Of a stretch of 64,000 nt of DNA, positions 1-10,310 are shown piece by piece. Below the pieces are notes generated by a model. It worked only from the letters and a program-made list of their open reading frames with translations. It did no database searches and was not told the origin of the DNA. The DNA is from a virus (lineage: Duplodnaviria > Heunggongvirae > Uroviricota > Caudoviricetes), in IMG/VR virus record IMGVR_UViG_3300002835_000064, one strand, 5' to 3'. Each line of letters opens with the position of its first letter. Positions within the stretch are counted from its first letter, which is position 1. A program made the translations under genes and the position numbers.

Positions 1-65
1 TTACTTTCGAAATTAGCTAAATTAGTCGGTAAGCAATTATCTATTAAGTTAATTTAATTAAATAT

Positions 66-97
66 AGAGATGTAGTTTTAATTAAAACTACATCTCT
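66..97. terminator. Perfect 32-bp palindrome (agagatgtagttttaa|ttaaaactacatctct) upstream of the first ORF; possible terminator or operator for a gene left of the window
   Basis: Inverted repeat read directly in the sequence; the flanking T-run is weak. Confidence 0.35.
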
Positions 98-121
98 TTC
101 TCTAGATAAAAAAGGATAATT

Positions 122-334
122 ATGGATTATGTTAATGTTCAATTTACTTCAGATGAATTTAATGATTTTATTTTAAGTATGTTTGCGGCTCATATGTTAA
201 AAGAAATTGATGTTCAAGCTGCGGTTAATAGATTGTTAGAATATATCGACGATCGTAGTGATATCGAAGCAGAAGAAGCTAATCAAGTAGTACTTAATTG
301 TGTAAAACAATTTGAATTAAGAACCGGTGTTTAA
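122..334 (+). CDS. hypothetical small acidic protein (70 aa)
   Basis: ORF with AAGGA Shine-Dalgarno 6 nt upstream; no recognisable motif. Confidence 0.4.
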   Translation: MDYVNVQFTSDEFNDFILSMFAAHMLKEIDVQAAVNRLLEYIDDRSDIEAEEANQVVLNCVKQFELRTGV

Positions 335-953
335 TATGCGAAAATTAAAAATTCATAGTGGCTCAGGCGCTAATTTTGAAAATGATTATGACTTAGAGGG
401 GCGGTTAATTGGATATCGAACAATCGTTGATGGTGATATTATTTTAGAAGAAAAATATCCGATCGATATGTCGGATAGTGCTAGATCAAGATTATTTTGG
501 AGTAATATTGACAGTCAAGGTGAATTTTTTCGTGCGTTTATTTACGAAGATGAACAAGGCGAACGAAACCCAATGGGGGCGACTAAAAAATTAGATGGTC
601 ATGAATGTATGTCGGATTATGACCTTAGTGGTAATTTAGTTAGTTATTCGGATTCGTTAGGAAATTACTTATTCCAAGAGTTCGATGCATTAAATCGATT
701 AATTTATATTGATGATAATGAAGGTGAAGTTATTTGGTATGAGTATAGTAGCGAAGATCTAAATGAACCCAGTAATGTTTCTATTCGCAATACAACTAAT
801 GATATATTAGAATACGATAAAGATGGTAATTGTATCTATATAAAATTAGCTACTGGTTACGAAATACATAAAACATATGACGATCAAGGGAATATATTAT
901 CATATCGAAATTCAGACGGAATTGAATTCTTTAATGAATATATAGATATTTAA
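327..953 (+). CDS. small YD-repeat (Rhs-type repeat) protein, 208 aa
   Basis: At least 5 spaced YD-x-x-G-x-L-h-x-Y motifs (DYDLEGRLIGY, DYDLSGNLVSY, EFDALNRLIYI, EYDKDGNCIYI, TYDDQGNILSY). Confidence 0.55.
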   Translation: MFNMRKLKIHSGSGANFENDYDLEGRLIGYRTIVDGDIILEEKYPIDMSDSARSRLFWSNIDSQGEFFRAFIYEDEQGERNPMGATKKLDGHECMSDYDLSGNLVSYSDSLGNYLFQEFDALNRLIYIDDNEGEVIWYEYSSEDLNEPSNVSIRNTTNDILEYDKDGNCIYIKLATGYEIHKTYDDQGNILSYRNSDGIEFFNEYIDI

Positions 954-954
954 A

Positions 955-979
955 ATATGGGGAGCTTAGCTCCCCATAT
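955..979. terminator. bidirectional rho-independent terminator between convergent genes
   Basis: atatggggagc-tta-gctccccatat hairpin with T/A-rich flanks. Confidence 0.55.
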
Positions 980-982
980 TAA

Positions 983-1279
983 TTACGGCAATTCTCTTAA
1001 TTCTTTCCAAGTCGGCCCAGCCGGATCAGTACAAATCTTTATATGATCTGCAGTTTTATCAAACCATAATTGACCTTTTACTACATTCGCCGGGGCGGAT
1101 GATTTACAAAAATGTTCCATTATATGTAGGAAATTAGAGTTTATCATTTCGCCGTAAACGTCGGTGTCGGGACCGATTAATCCAATACTAACTTTCGCGG
1201 TATCGATACCGGGAGTTGATAATGTCGCTATTGGAGTAGTAATCGTATTATCGAAATGTCTTATATTATACGTACCCAT
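983..1279 (-). CDS. stand-alone paralog of the tail-fibre N-terminal domain (98 aa)
   Basis: Shares the motif YGE..NN.LH..E.F...P...G.LW......W with ORF 10311-10592 and with the N-termini of the fibres at 38267, 53350 and 54962. Confidence 0.45.
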   Translation of the reverse strand: MGTYNIRHFDNTITTPIATLSTPGIDTAKVSIGLIGPDTDVYGEMINSNFLHIMEHFCKSSAPANVVKGQLWFDKTADHIKICTDPAGPTWKELRELP

Positions 1280-1290
1280 TATTTAAATCC

Positions 1291-1752
1291 TTATTTTAAA
1301 AATAACTCAGCTTCTTTTGCTCGACGGACTACCAATCCTTTTAAAACGGTACCGTTAGATTTATTCCATTTTGCAAATTCTTGAGATGCGCCTATAAAAT
1401 CACCAGCATTTACTTTTTTTAATAAAGTTGATGATTTTAAATTACCAACTCCGCAATTATACGCAAAACTAGTTAATGCACCTAATTGATTTTCATTTAA
1501 TTGAACAGTAACTAAAGCTTTAACTTTAGCTTCGAATTCATTTAATAAATTTTCAAATAATTCGTCGGCTTGTTCTTGAGTTATATGATCATGTTCACCA
1601 ACTGGTTTTTTATCAGCATAAAACGTTGAACCCCAACCTATAGTCCAGAATTTTTTATCTCTAGGCAATGATTTTGAGGTTGCGCATTCGTATGCTGCTA
1701 ATTTACATCCTTCAAAGTGTTCTACTAATTGTATCGTTTCTTTATTAGCCAT
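1291..1752 (-). CDS. e: endolysin, GH24 T4-e/lambda-R type lysozyme
   Basis: HFEGCKLAAYECATSKSLPRDKKFWTIGWG... matches the E-x8-D-x5-T catalytic region of phage GH24 lysozymes; soluble, 153 aa. Confidence 0.85.
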   Translation of the reverse strand: MANKETIQLVEHFEGCKLAAYECATSKSLPRDKKFWTIGWGSTFYADKKPVGEHDHITQEQADELFENLLNEFEAKVKALVTVQLNENQLGALTSFAYNCGVGNLKSSTLLKKVNAGDFIGASQEFAKWNKSNGTVLKGLVVRRAKEAELFLK

Positions 1753-1786
1753 GACAAACCCTCTAATTACAAATATGATATTTATC

Positions 1787-1815
1787 TTGATTTTTACCCC
1801 AAAATCCGTTATAAT
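1787..1815 (+). promoter_or_regulatory. sigma70-type (early) promoter: TTGATT -35, 17-nt spacer, TATAAT -10
   Basis: Near-consensus hexamers with optimal spacing in the divergent intergenic region upstream of ORF 1920. Confidence 0.45.
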
Positions 1816-1919
1816 TATTTGTAATTTAATAATTTGGTGTATTTAAATATGATTTGGGTTGTAATAACGTTAATGGTGATAATTATGAGTTTTTATATAA
1901 CATATAATAGGGAAGATTA

Positions 1920-2132
1920 ATGCCTACGGCTTACGTTAAAAAAATGGCTAAGAAACATAATATCTCAGTTGAAAAATCCGAAGAGCATTGGGCTAATGCT
2001 AAAAAAGCTGCTAAAAATAAAGGCGGTGAAGAAAATTGGGGTTTGGTAACTGCGATTTATAAACAAATGATAGGGGAAAGTACTTTTAGTTCTTTCGTTG
2101 ATGATATTAATTCAAATGGAGATAATGAATAA
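1920..2132 (+). CDS. hypothetical basic protein (70 aa)
   Basis: ORF downstream of the sigma70-like promoter, RBS GGGAAG. Confidence 0.4.
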   Translation: MPTAYVKKMAKKHNISVEKSEEHWANAKKAAKNKGGEENWGLVTAIYKQMIGESTFSSFVDDINSNGDNE

Positions 2133-2329
2133 TGCCGCAAGCTGGATCTAGAAACGGTCATAGAAAACGCAATTACGTAGCAACTGAAAAATTAGGTTAT
2201 ATAGATGAGATGTGCCGGGTAACTACGTTAGCTGCTTGTATGCCTGTATTAACTGAACGTAAGTTTTGGTTTGATGTTATGCGAGGTCATCCTAGACAAA
2301 AACAATATTTAATTGAGAAAAAGAAATGA
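2132..2329 (+). CDS. hypothetical protein (65 aa)
   Basis: ORF with start/stop overlaps (ATGA) consistent with translational coupling to its neighbours. Confidence 0.4.
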   Translation: MPQAGSRNGHRKRNYVATEKLGYIDEMCRVTTLAACMPVLTERKFWFDVMRGHPRQKQYLIEKKK

Positions 2330-3219
2330 TTAAAATGCCTTGGGAATTAAAACATACTCCTAATACATTAGATGAGTATATATTTAGTGATCAGGAAATG
2401 CAAGAGTATTTCCTTAGATTATCTGCAGTTCCTGATCTTTTATTAACTGGTTCTCCAGGTACTGGTAAAACATCATTAGCTAAATTATTAGTTAAGCATT
2501 TTAATATAGATGATGAAAATGTTTTGTTTATTGATGCTAGTCATGAAAATAGTGTCGATAATATTAGAACTAGAGTTAGATCTTTTGTTTCAACTAATTC
2601 CTTTTCTGGGGGATATAAGGTTGTTATTTTAGATGAAGCCGATTACTTATCTAGAGATGCGAAAGAGGTATTAAGGGGGTTAATGGTCGAATATACGATG
2701 GTTGCTAAGTTTATCCTAACTGGTAATTATCATCATATGTTTACCGAAGCTATTAAATCTAGATGTAATATCTTTAAAGTTAAACCAATTGACGTAAATG
2801 ATATTAGTATGTTCGCTGCTAATATATTACTTAAAGAAAAAGTTAAATTTGATTTAGATATTTTGGATGAACACGTTGATGCCGCTTACCCAGATATTCG
2901 TAAATTAATTAAAAATTTAGAAAGATTTAGTATTGATGGTAAATTAACTAGTCCGAAAAAAGATTCGTTTGATATTATCAAATATATCGAAAATGATGAT
3001 TGGAGACAATTAAGATTAGATATTATTAATATGCGAGATGTTGATTATGATGGGTTATATACATCATTATATGATAATTTACATAGATCTAAGAAGTTTA
3101 ATGATATGGATTCATATGAAAATGGTATTTTAATTATAGCGGATTATTTAAGTGAAACGGCTAATCCGATGATTAGTTTTGCCGCATGTATTATTGCATT
3201 AAGTCAATTTGGAAAATAA
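2326..3219 (+). CDS. 44: sliding-clamp loader large subunit, T4 gp44-like AAA+ ATPase
   Basis: WELKHTP..LDEYIF, LLLTGSPGTGKTSLAKLL (Walker A), KVVILDEAD (Walker B) and SRC sensor motif line up with T4 gp44. Confidence 0.8.
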   Translation: MIKMPWELKHTPNTLDEYIFSDQEMQEYFLRLSAVPDLLLTGSPGTGKTSLAKLLVKHFNIDDENVLFIDASHENSVDNIRTRVRSFVSTNSFSGGYKVVILDEADYLSRDAKEVLRGLMVEYTMVAKFILTGNYHHMFTEAIKSRCNIFKVKPIDVNDISMFAANILLKEKVKFDLDILDEHVDAAYPDIRKLIKNLERFSIDGKLTSPKKDSFDIIKYIENDDWRQLRLDIINMRDVDYDGLYTSLYDNLHRSKKFNDMDSYENGILIIADYLSETANPMISFAACIIALSQFGK

Positions 3220-3229
3220 AGGAAAGATT

Positions 3230-3508
3230 ATGGTATCGAATGTAAAGCAAGTTTCAAATGTTGCTAATCAAAGTGATAAAAATGCATGGAATCGCAAATT
3301 TGATAATATGCAAAAATTAATTGAGCAAGTTAATGCATTAGCTGATCAAATTATGGATTTAGAAGAACAAAAGATGCCATTAATTGATGAAATTAATCAA
3401 TTAAGAACTATTATGGTGCAAGAATGTATTCATCCAAAAGATATGATCATCGAGTATGATGATCATATCCATTGTAAATTTTGCGATAAAAAGTTTACAG
3501 TTAATTAA
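3230..3508 (+). CDS. small protein with C-terminal zinc-ribbon-like C..H..H..C..C (about 92 aa); start moved to the ATG with AAGGAAAG RBS
   Basis: ORF follows gp44 in the position where T4 has gene 62, but no sequence similarity to gp62 was seen. Confidence 0.4.
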   Translation: MVSNVKQVSNVANQSDKNAWNRKFDNMQKLIEQVNALADQIMDLEEQKMPLIDEINQLRTIMVQECIHPKDMIIEYDDHIHCKFCDKKFTVN

Positions 3509-3571
3509 CTTTAGATTATAGTTATTGAATTTGAGAAAATTGAACTACAGTTACCCGAATTCGAACATAAA

Positions 3572-5446
3572 TTACTGTGGTGATGTGCGATGAATATCAT
3601 ACCCTTGACTTGCTCTAGTAGCCGTAGTAAATGTTACATAGCATGAATATGACGTATTTGGTAATCTATCTGGATGTGCATATGATTTGGAAGCAGTATG
3701 CGGATCGGCTAGACTAGATAGTAATGTAGTTTCTGTTACTCCAGTACTAAGTCCCCCTTCGTACCAATACCAAGTAATATCAGATGTAATAACATCGGTC
3801 GAATTTATAGTTAACGTTGAATTATCAAAATGGGGTGTTCCAGCTACTACATTATTAAAAGTCCAATCAAATGTTGGAATATTTGTCGCTGGTGGTGTGG
3901 GTGGAGTTGGAGCTACTACGTTAGGCCCAGGAACGTCGGCGACACCGGCAGTAGCACTATCAGCATTAGTAAGTGCGGCGCAGTTATCTGGTCTAGTATT
4001 ACCGCCAGTAGCAAATATAAGCTCAGTTCCGGTTGATGAACAGAATGCACTTTTACCGCCTCGCCATGGAACTTCAGTTACGCCATACGGTGGGGCGCCC
4101 CCCGCACTCGGGCCCCTTGGGGCCCCCTGCAAACCACCTTGACCTCCAGCCCCGACTTTAATAGTATAAACCGTTCCTGGAATTACCGCGTAACCAGTAT
4201 ATAATGTAGCACCACCACCTCCACCGCCAGCATTAACACAAGGTCCAATAGCGCCGCCACCGCCGCCGCCGATAACACCAATATCTATTTTAGTTACTCC
4301 GGCCGGAACCGTAAATTGACCAATTAATGCATGATCATACGGATCTACGGCAGTTTTTAGACCAGAACTATTATCCCATTCAATTGCTTTATCGCCAGTA
4401 ATTATTCTAGTTCCAGAAAATGTGGTTAAATCTGCAGGTGTAAATGAATATGATCCAGCGTTTATGGTAATTCTTATCAATCCACCAGTTCCATTACCGC
4501 CCCGAACTTGAGTTAACGTTTGATTCATATTATCAGTTTCTATACCACCCCCACCATTACCAATACCAGTTGCATTAATAGCAACCGCATCATATCCAGG
4601 TAATAAACCAGTACCGGCAACGCCTGCCCAGCTATATCCACCCCCACTACCCCCAGTTCCATACGTCCCATCACTTCCAGTAGCGGATAACCAATTACCC
4701 CCATTACCCCCTACTGGACTTGCGGATCCGCCCCCGCCATTACCATTATGACCGCCGGCTGCACTATATCCGCCGGTATAATTTGCAGTTCCGCCGTACC
4801 CAGCACCACCCCACGCCGCATTCGATGCTGGGATACCGCCTGGTATTACCGGTGGTCCAACAACTGCAGCTTCTACGGTAATTGCAGAACTAGTTACTGA
4901 TTCGGCAGTCCCTTTATCGTCCGTATAACTTACTTTACAGGTTATTGATTGCCCAACATCGCCAGCCACTGTTGCATAATGGTCCTGAGTTTCACCAGTA
5001 ATTAAGGTCGATCCGCGATACCATGCGTAAGTATAAACTGCTTGTAATAAACCATCTAAATCAACTAATGCGGATTTATTTAAGGTTAATGTATTACCGA
5101 CATGAGTATCTCCAGTTAATGTTAAAACTCCAGTTGGGGCGATATTAATTGATTTTAAATCTAATTCGACTATACTTGAATTTTTCTTTAGCCATAATTT
5201 AAAACCATCATATAAAACCTGACCGGGGATCATTTTAGTTTTAATTTCAGTAATTTCATTCGTCGATTTATTAACACATAATGTATAAAAATTAGTCGAT
5301 AGATTTAATACATTTTGTTGTAAAACATCACCGTATTTAAAATAATTAAAACCAATTAAATTTAAATTAGTTTCGTTATTTAAATCTTCAACATAAACAT
5401 TGTACGTTAATGAATCGTCGGATTTTTTTACACTATAATCTGTCAT
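3572..5446 (-). CDS. tail fibre / receptor-binding protein 2 (624 aa), glycine-rich C-terminal half
   Basis: Its first ~130 aa (MTDY..KSD.S.TY.V...LNN...L..IG.NYFKYGDVLQQN...) are paralogous to the upstream gene 5465-7045; poly-Gly tracts IGVIGGGGGGAIGP; last gene of the baseplate operon. Confidence 0.6.
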   Translation of the reverse strand: MTDYSVKKSDDSLTYNVYVEDLNNETNLNLIGFNYFKYGDVLQQNVLNLSTNFYTLCVNKSTNEITEIKTKMIPGQVLYDGFKLWLKKNSSIVELDLKSINIAPTGVLTLTGDTHVGNTLTLNKSALVDLDGLLQAVYTYAWYRGSTLITGETQDHYATVAGDVGQSITCKVSYTDDKGTAESVTSSAITVEAAVVGPPVIPGGIPASNAAWGGAGYGGTANYTGGYSAAGGHNGNGGGGSASPVGGNGGNWLSATGSDGTYGTGGSGGGYSWAGVAGTGLLPGYDAVAINATGIGNGGGGIETDNMNQTLTQVRGGNGTGGLIRITINAGSYSFTPADLTTFSGTRIITGDKAIEWDNSSGLKTAVDPYDHALIGQFTVPAGVTKIDIGVIGGGGGGAIGPCVNAGGGGGGATLYTGYAVIPGTVYTIKVGAGGQGGLQGAPRGPSAGGAPPYGVTEVPWRGGKSAFCSSTGTELIFATGGNTRPDNCAALTNADSATAGVADVPGPNVVAPTPPTPPATNIPTFDWTFNNVVAGTPHFDNSTLTINSTDVITSDITWYWYEGGLSTGVTETTLLSSLADPHTASKSYAHPDRLPNTSYSCYVTFTTATRASQGYDIHRTSPQ

Positions 5447-5464
5447 ATAAAATTACTCTTAAAA

Positions 5465-7045
5465 TTAAACCGGAGTTGTGGCTTTTTTTGGTTTCATATA
5501 TAATTTTCCATTATCATAGGAAACAAAAATATCCCATTTGGATTGATCACTCGCCCCGACATCAACAATTAATTCCGAATCTACGAGTAACGGTGTGCTC
5601 ACTGGAGCTTGAATTGGATTAGCGCCAGATGTTCCAGAAACAAAAAAACTATTGGGTATAGCGGTAACACCACTAACATAGTTAGGTATATTACTACCAG
5701 TTCCAGTATGATCGACCATAACACCATCAACTAACAATATTAATGGATCCGGTGCACTATACATGTTATATGCAATTGAAATTGGAGCAGCGGTCGTTGA
5801 TAAGGTAGCAATGACGAATTTAAATTGAGCATCACCCCATGCTGATGGTTGAAGTGGTGGATCGCCTGCATTTAAGACTAAAAATTCTTCGAATGTGTAT
5901 TTGATTGAATAGGTACTAGCGGAATTATTAGCATCAGTAACAGTTATGGTCAATTCAGATGCTGTAGTTGGCGGATTCATATTTGGGTTCGCACCTGGTA
6001 ACGATCCTTGTGACGTATAATGCAATGTTCCGTCAGGATCGATAGAAAACGTTCCTGCTTGAATATTACTAGTCGGTGTTATAGTGTAATTGTAAACCCC
6101 AGATCCACCACTAACATCAAATGGTTTAAAGGTTAAATTAATATTTGCGAATGTCTGTGTAGCGGCTGCAGACATAGTCGCGGAGAATGGATCATTCGTT
6201 ATAACCGTCGGAGTACTAGTTAATGATTCAGCGGTTCCATGTAAATCAGTATATGATAATTTAACAACTAATGATTTACCTAAATCACCGAAAACTGGTG
6301 TATAACTATCAGTCGTCGAAACGACAGTACCGTCTAATTTCCATTCGTATGTATAGGTAGCTGGCGCCGGTAACCCATCAGCATCAACTAAATTAATAAT
6401 AGATTTAGTTAACGCTACGCCAACTTTACTACCCTGAATAATAATTGATCCAGTCGGTAAAGTATTAACTGCGGTTATGGTTACTTCGGGACTAGTAACT
6501 GTTTCGGTAGAACCGCCTAAATCAGTATATGTAACAGTAATAGATAATTTTTTCCCACCATCCGCAAAAACCGGAGTAAATTTATCAGACGTCGCTCCAC
6601 TAACAGCAACGCCATCAAGTTTCCATTGATATGTAAATGTGCTTGGTAAACCATCTGCGTCAATTAATGCTGTAAGATTTACTGTATCTTCACTATCTGC
6701 ATTATGTGGGCCTGATATAGAAATATTACCAGTAGGTAATGTATTTAATGAGTGCAAATCTAATTTAACTATACTTGAATTTTTTTTAAGCCATAAGTAA
6801 ACTCCGTCGTATAAAATCTGACCTGGAATCATTTTAGCTTTTAATGCATTAATTTCAGTTTGAGATTTTCCAGCACATAATGAATAAAAATTAGTACCTA
6901 AATGTAATTCATTTTGCTGCAAAACATCACCATATTTAAAATAATTATGGCCAATAAACTCTAATAGAGTGTCATTGTTTAATGATGTTTCTAAAACAGA
7001 ATAGGTAGATGAGGTATCTGATTTAGTTAATGTATAATCAGTCAT
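5465..7045 (-). CDS. tail fibre / receptor-binding protein 1 (526 aa) with Ig-like repeats
   Basis: N-terminal domain shared with 3572-5446; three Y-x-W-K-x-DG-x-x-V-S-x-x-T-x-x-TPVF...S.T.TYTD Ig-like repeats. Confidence 0.6.
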   Translation of the reverse strand: MTDYTLTKSDTSSTYSVLETSLNNDTLLEFIGHNYFKYGDVLQQNELHLGTNFYSLCAGKSQTEINALKAKMIPGQILYDGVYLWLKKNSSIVKLDLHSLNTLPTGNISISGPHNADSEDTVNLTALIDADGLPSTFTYQWKLDGVAVSGATSDKFTPVFADGGKKLSITVTYTDLGGSTETVTSPEVTITAVNTLPTGSIIIQGSKVGVALTKSIINLVDADGLPAPATYTYEWKLDGTVVSTTDSYTPVFGDLGKSLVVKLSYTDLHGTAESLTSTPTVITNDPFSATMSAAATQTFANINLTFKPFDVSGGSGVYNYTITPTSNIQAGTFSIDPDGTLHYTSQGSLPGANPNMNPPTTASELTITVTDANNSASTYSIKYTFEEFLVLNAGDPPLQPSAWGDAQFKFVIATLSTTAAPISIAYNMYSAPDPLILLVDGVMVDHTGTGSNIPNYVSGVTAIPNSFFVSGTSGANPIQAPVSTPLLVDSELIVDVGASDQSKWDIFVSYDNGKLYMKPKKATTPV

Positions 7046-7054
7046 TTAATTCGC

Positions 7055-10000
7055 CTATAATATATTTGTTGATGTTAAATATTGAACCATCTCTATATCT
7101 TCCATGTCGATTGACGGTACTAAAATCTCATGCTCCATAGTAAATATCTGAAATAAATTACCAAAATGATTAAATTCGCTTTTTGGTTTTATAACAAATG
7201 AACTTATATTACCATTTAATGAATTATGAACGTAGGTCGATAATTCAGTAAAATTGAAAGTATTACCAAAATCCCAATCTCTAATATTAAAAAATTCATA
7301 TATTAATGTTACAATACTGGATTTAATTTGATTATCCGTAAATGTAGCGAATGGTGATTTCACAACTAAAAATTTAGCCTGTAATTCCTGTGCCGCATAT
7401 TTACCGAATATTACTTTCAACTCACCGGATTTAATAATCATTTCATCAGATATCATCTTATTAGTAATTAATTTATTATAAGATGCTCTTAATTCATGCG
7501 GTAATGGTTTGGCTGGTTTACTACCGATACCATTAATCCAATTCATGGTACTTTGATAATATCCTCTAGTTATAATAAAACAATCTATTATATTAGAACA
7601 TGATGGGTTAATTTTCATATTATCAGTTGGTGTATGTTGCCATAAGAAATTTAATCCTGAGCGTCCTTGTTTGCGTGTATATAATGCTTTTGATGAATCG
7701 AGTAATGCAAAAGCTTCCGCAAACCAATTAATTTTTTTAGAATCATCTATTATAGAATATGGAGTATCGATATCTGGTCTATAAAAATAAACATAGTCTT
7801 TAATTTTAACAGTAATTGTATTATTACTACCGTTATCTATTATAGTAATCTTATTAGTATATTGTAATTTATTAATATCTCGTTCTTTCCAAACTATAGT
7901 ATTATTTTCACCTAGATTCGAATTAGATGAACCTGAAACATCCCCAATAAATTCAACATCAGCTTTACCAGTTACTGGATCTACTATAGTAAATACATCA
8001 TACGGTAATTCAATAGTTGGAGTTTCGACATTAAATGAATCAAATGGCATATCAAAAACTCGATCAAATAATTGATAATAAGCTTTATCTTCGAAAAATT
8101 TATCAGTATCTGGATTAATAGTTATTGTATTAGTAGTTAACTGCAAAACTTCTGCTATATCAGGAACACCATCGTTATTATTATCACTTATTGAAACATT
8201 CAATGTATTATAATCCATTTGACCAATATATTGTGTTGGTTCTCTAAATGTATTAATATTCAAAATCGATAACGAAACTTCATTAGTTAAAAATTTAGTA
8301 TTATTTAATGTTCTATAGTCGGCGGCGTTCGATTTTAATATGGTTATATTATCTTGATTTGCGGCATAATTCCAGAACTTAGTCGATGGGCTATTTGCTA
8401 ATATTCTAGCTATTTTATATTTAATAACCCAATTATTGCCGATAACGTCAATATGAAATAACCAATCATCGCCAGTAATTGCCTGAGGATAATATTTAGT
8501 ATTATAATATATACCGAATGGTAATGTTGCCGGCGGAGCATTCATATCAGATAATGAATAAACTTCGCCCATGAAATTAAATACTATATCGTGTTGTTCG
8601 CTAGTTGCCGAACCACCAGTAAAATAACGTCTAGGTGATATATTATTAAATGCTCTATAATATAATGTATCATTATTCGATAATAATGGTTGAATATGAT
8701 TAATTAAAACCGATAATGCTGAAATTTTATTCGAGACAGTTATAGTACCAATATCATATTCTGTATAAATTGATAAATCAGTCCCAAAATGATTAATATT
8801 TTGGTAAGTATCACTCGGATCATTAAATCCGGTATATTTACTTTCGCCAGCATAGGTTCTATTAATAGACGCTAATTTTAAAATAGTATTATCTTGTAAT
8901 AATAATGAATTATAATCGCGAGCATTAACCATTCGATTTTGAGTATAATAAACCGATGGTGCATTTATTTTAATATGTTCTATATCTTCACTTGGTGCAG
9001 CATTTTGTATTGGTTGAACTAATGAAAATGTAAATATAGCATTTTGAACATTACCTTTACCATCTAAATATGCAAAATTAGATGAGACTTCACTGATCGC
9101 ATTCATTGGGATAGGAATTGGATCCGGATCTGAAGTTCGATACCAAATATCGAATATACCATTAGGTATATTAGCAAAATCACCATCACCAAATAAAATC
9201 GATATTTGGTCATTATCTAAAGTATTAATTTCGTATTTGTTTTTATTTGGATTATTACTAAAAATAATATTTTGTTCATTGATCGTATCGACTGCTTCCC
9301 AAGCGATTGAATCGGTCGAAGTAATTTGATTAACCCAAACATCAGTATTATTAATATTTTTTACATTTATATTAAATGATTGATGTGGGGTTATACCGTC
9401 AAATGAATCGGTTCTAGTTCTTTTTAATATACCTTGTTTAGTTAACATAAAAAAGCCGGTATAATTAGATGAATTACCTAATCCATCAGAACCATATAAT
9501 ATATTAAAATTTTGATTATTATTTGTCGTTATGATTTTTGGTCTTTGTTCGATTGGACCATCCGTTGTTAATTCAACTGATGTTAATTCCATATCAATTG
9601 ATTTATTTTGAACTTGTGTTTTATATTGTATTACACTATTTTCAAACGGCATATTATTAATTGAATATAGTTCAAATATTTGATCAAATACTTGGACTCG
9701 ATCGCTAGGTAAAACATCACCAAACGAACGTAATAATGTAGCGTTAATTACGGCAAAGAATTGTGATTGCCAATTAACATTATTAGAATCATTCCATATA
9801 ATTTTACTATTTGCTAAATTATTACCATTTAAATCATAAACCCGTTCTGATGTAGAAATTGATGTTATTTTTACTAAACCAGAACCTGGAATATTTCTCG
9901 ACGGATTATATGAAATAAATTTAGCTAATTTAAGAACCGAATCTTTACGCTGTGCAGTTGATAACAAATTTTCATTCGCTACCATATCTAATCGATAAGC

Positions 10001-10207
10001 ACTTAATTCGCAGACGTAGGCAAATGCCTCTAAAATCATTACAAATTCGTCGGTTTCAATCCAGTTATTAAATTCAGGATGTGTTAGACGAAAGTAATCT
10101 ATAAGTGATTGTTTTACGGTTGCATAATCAAAGCCGGTAAAATTTATAAATTTACTTGCCTGATATATTGTATCCCAAGATTCCGCTTTAGATAACTGAA
10201 TTGCCAT
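7055..10207 (-). CDS. baseplate wedge protein, gp6 / P2 gpJ family (1050 aa, extended)
   Basis: N-terminus FTGFDYATVKQSLIDYF...EFNNW...DEFVMILEAFAYVCELSAY matches the Baseplate_J / T4 gp6 signature (T4 gp6: IKQNLIEWL..EFLDYDFEGS.LNVLCDLLAY). Confidence 0.75.
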   Translation of the reverse strand: MAIQLSKAESWDTIYQASKFINFTGFDYATVKQSLIDYFRLTHPEFNNWIETDEFVMILEAFAYVCELSAYRLDMVANENLLSTAQRKDSVLKLAKFISYNPSRNIPGSGLVKITSISTSERVYDLNGNNLANSKIIWNDSNNVNWQSQFFAVINATLLRSFGDVLPSDRVQVFDQIFELYSINNMPFENSVIQYKTQVQNKSIDMELTSVELTTDGPIEQRPKIITTNNNQNFNILYGSDGLGNSSNYTGFFMLTKQGILKRTRTDSFDGITPHQSFNINVKNINNTDVWVNQITSTDSIAWEAVDTINEQNIIFSNNPNKNKYEINTLDNDQISILFGDGDFANIPNGIFDIWYRTSDPDPIPIPMNAISEVSSNFAYLDGKGNVQNAIFTFSLVQPIQNAAPSEDIEHIKINAPSVYYTQNRMVNARDYNSLLLQDNTILKLASINRTYAGESKYTGFNDPSDTYQNINHFGTDLSIYTEYDIGTITVSNKISALSVLINHIQPLLSNNDTLYYRAFNNISPRRYFTGGSATSEQHDIVFNFMGEVYSLSDMNAPPATLPFGIYYNTKYYPQAITGDDWLFHIDVIGNNWVIKYKIARILANSPSTKFWNYAANQDNITILKSNAADYRTLNNTKFLTNEVSLSILNINTFREPTQYIGQMDYNTLNVSISDNNNDGVPDIAEVLQLTTNTITINPDTDKFFEDKAYYQLFDRVFDMPFDSFNVETPTIELPYDVFTIVDPVTGKADVEFIGDVSGSSNSNLGENNTIVWKERDINKLQYTNKITIIDNGSNNTITVKIKDYVYFYRPDIDTPYSIIDDSKKINWFAEAFALLDSSKALYTRKQGRSGLNFLWQHTPTDNMKINPSCSNIIDCFIITRGYYQSTMNWINGIGSKPAKPLPHELRASYNKLITNKMISDEMIIKSGELKVIFGKYAAQELQAKFLVVKSPFATFTDNQIKSSIVTLIYEFFNIRDWDFGNTFNFTELSTYVHNSLNGNISSFVIKPKSEFNHFGNLFQIFTMEHEILVPSIDMEDIEMVQYLTSTNIL

Positions 10208-10310
10208 ATATGTCTTTTCTGAAATAAGGGTAAGTTTATAATAAGAGATATTTATGGGAGTTTGTTATCCTCAATAAATACAACTATTACATTTCTCGGT
10301 AATTAAACTT

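Noticed and set aside
3687-4142. Plus-strand ORFs 3687-4142 and 3830-4036 inside the Gly-rich fibre gene
   Set aside because: Antisense shadow ORFs of GC-rich glycine codons; no RBS; fully nested in a well-supported minus-strand gene
4100-4800. Collagen-like triple-helix in Gly-rich fibre 3572-5446
   Set aside because: The glycines are not in a G-X-Y triplet periodicity; they look more like a Gly-rich beta-structure
5410-5622. Plus-strand ORF 5410-5622 across the junction of the two fibre genes
   Set aside because: Overlaps the ends of two minus-strand genes; no RBS
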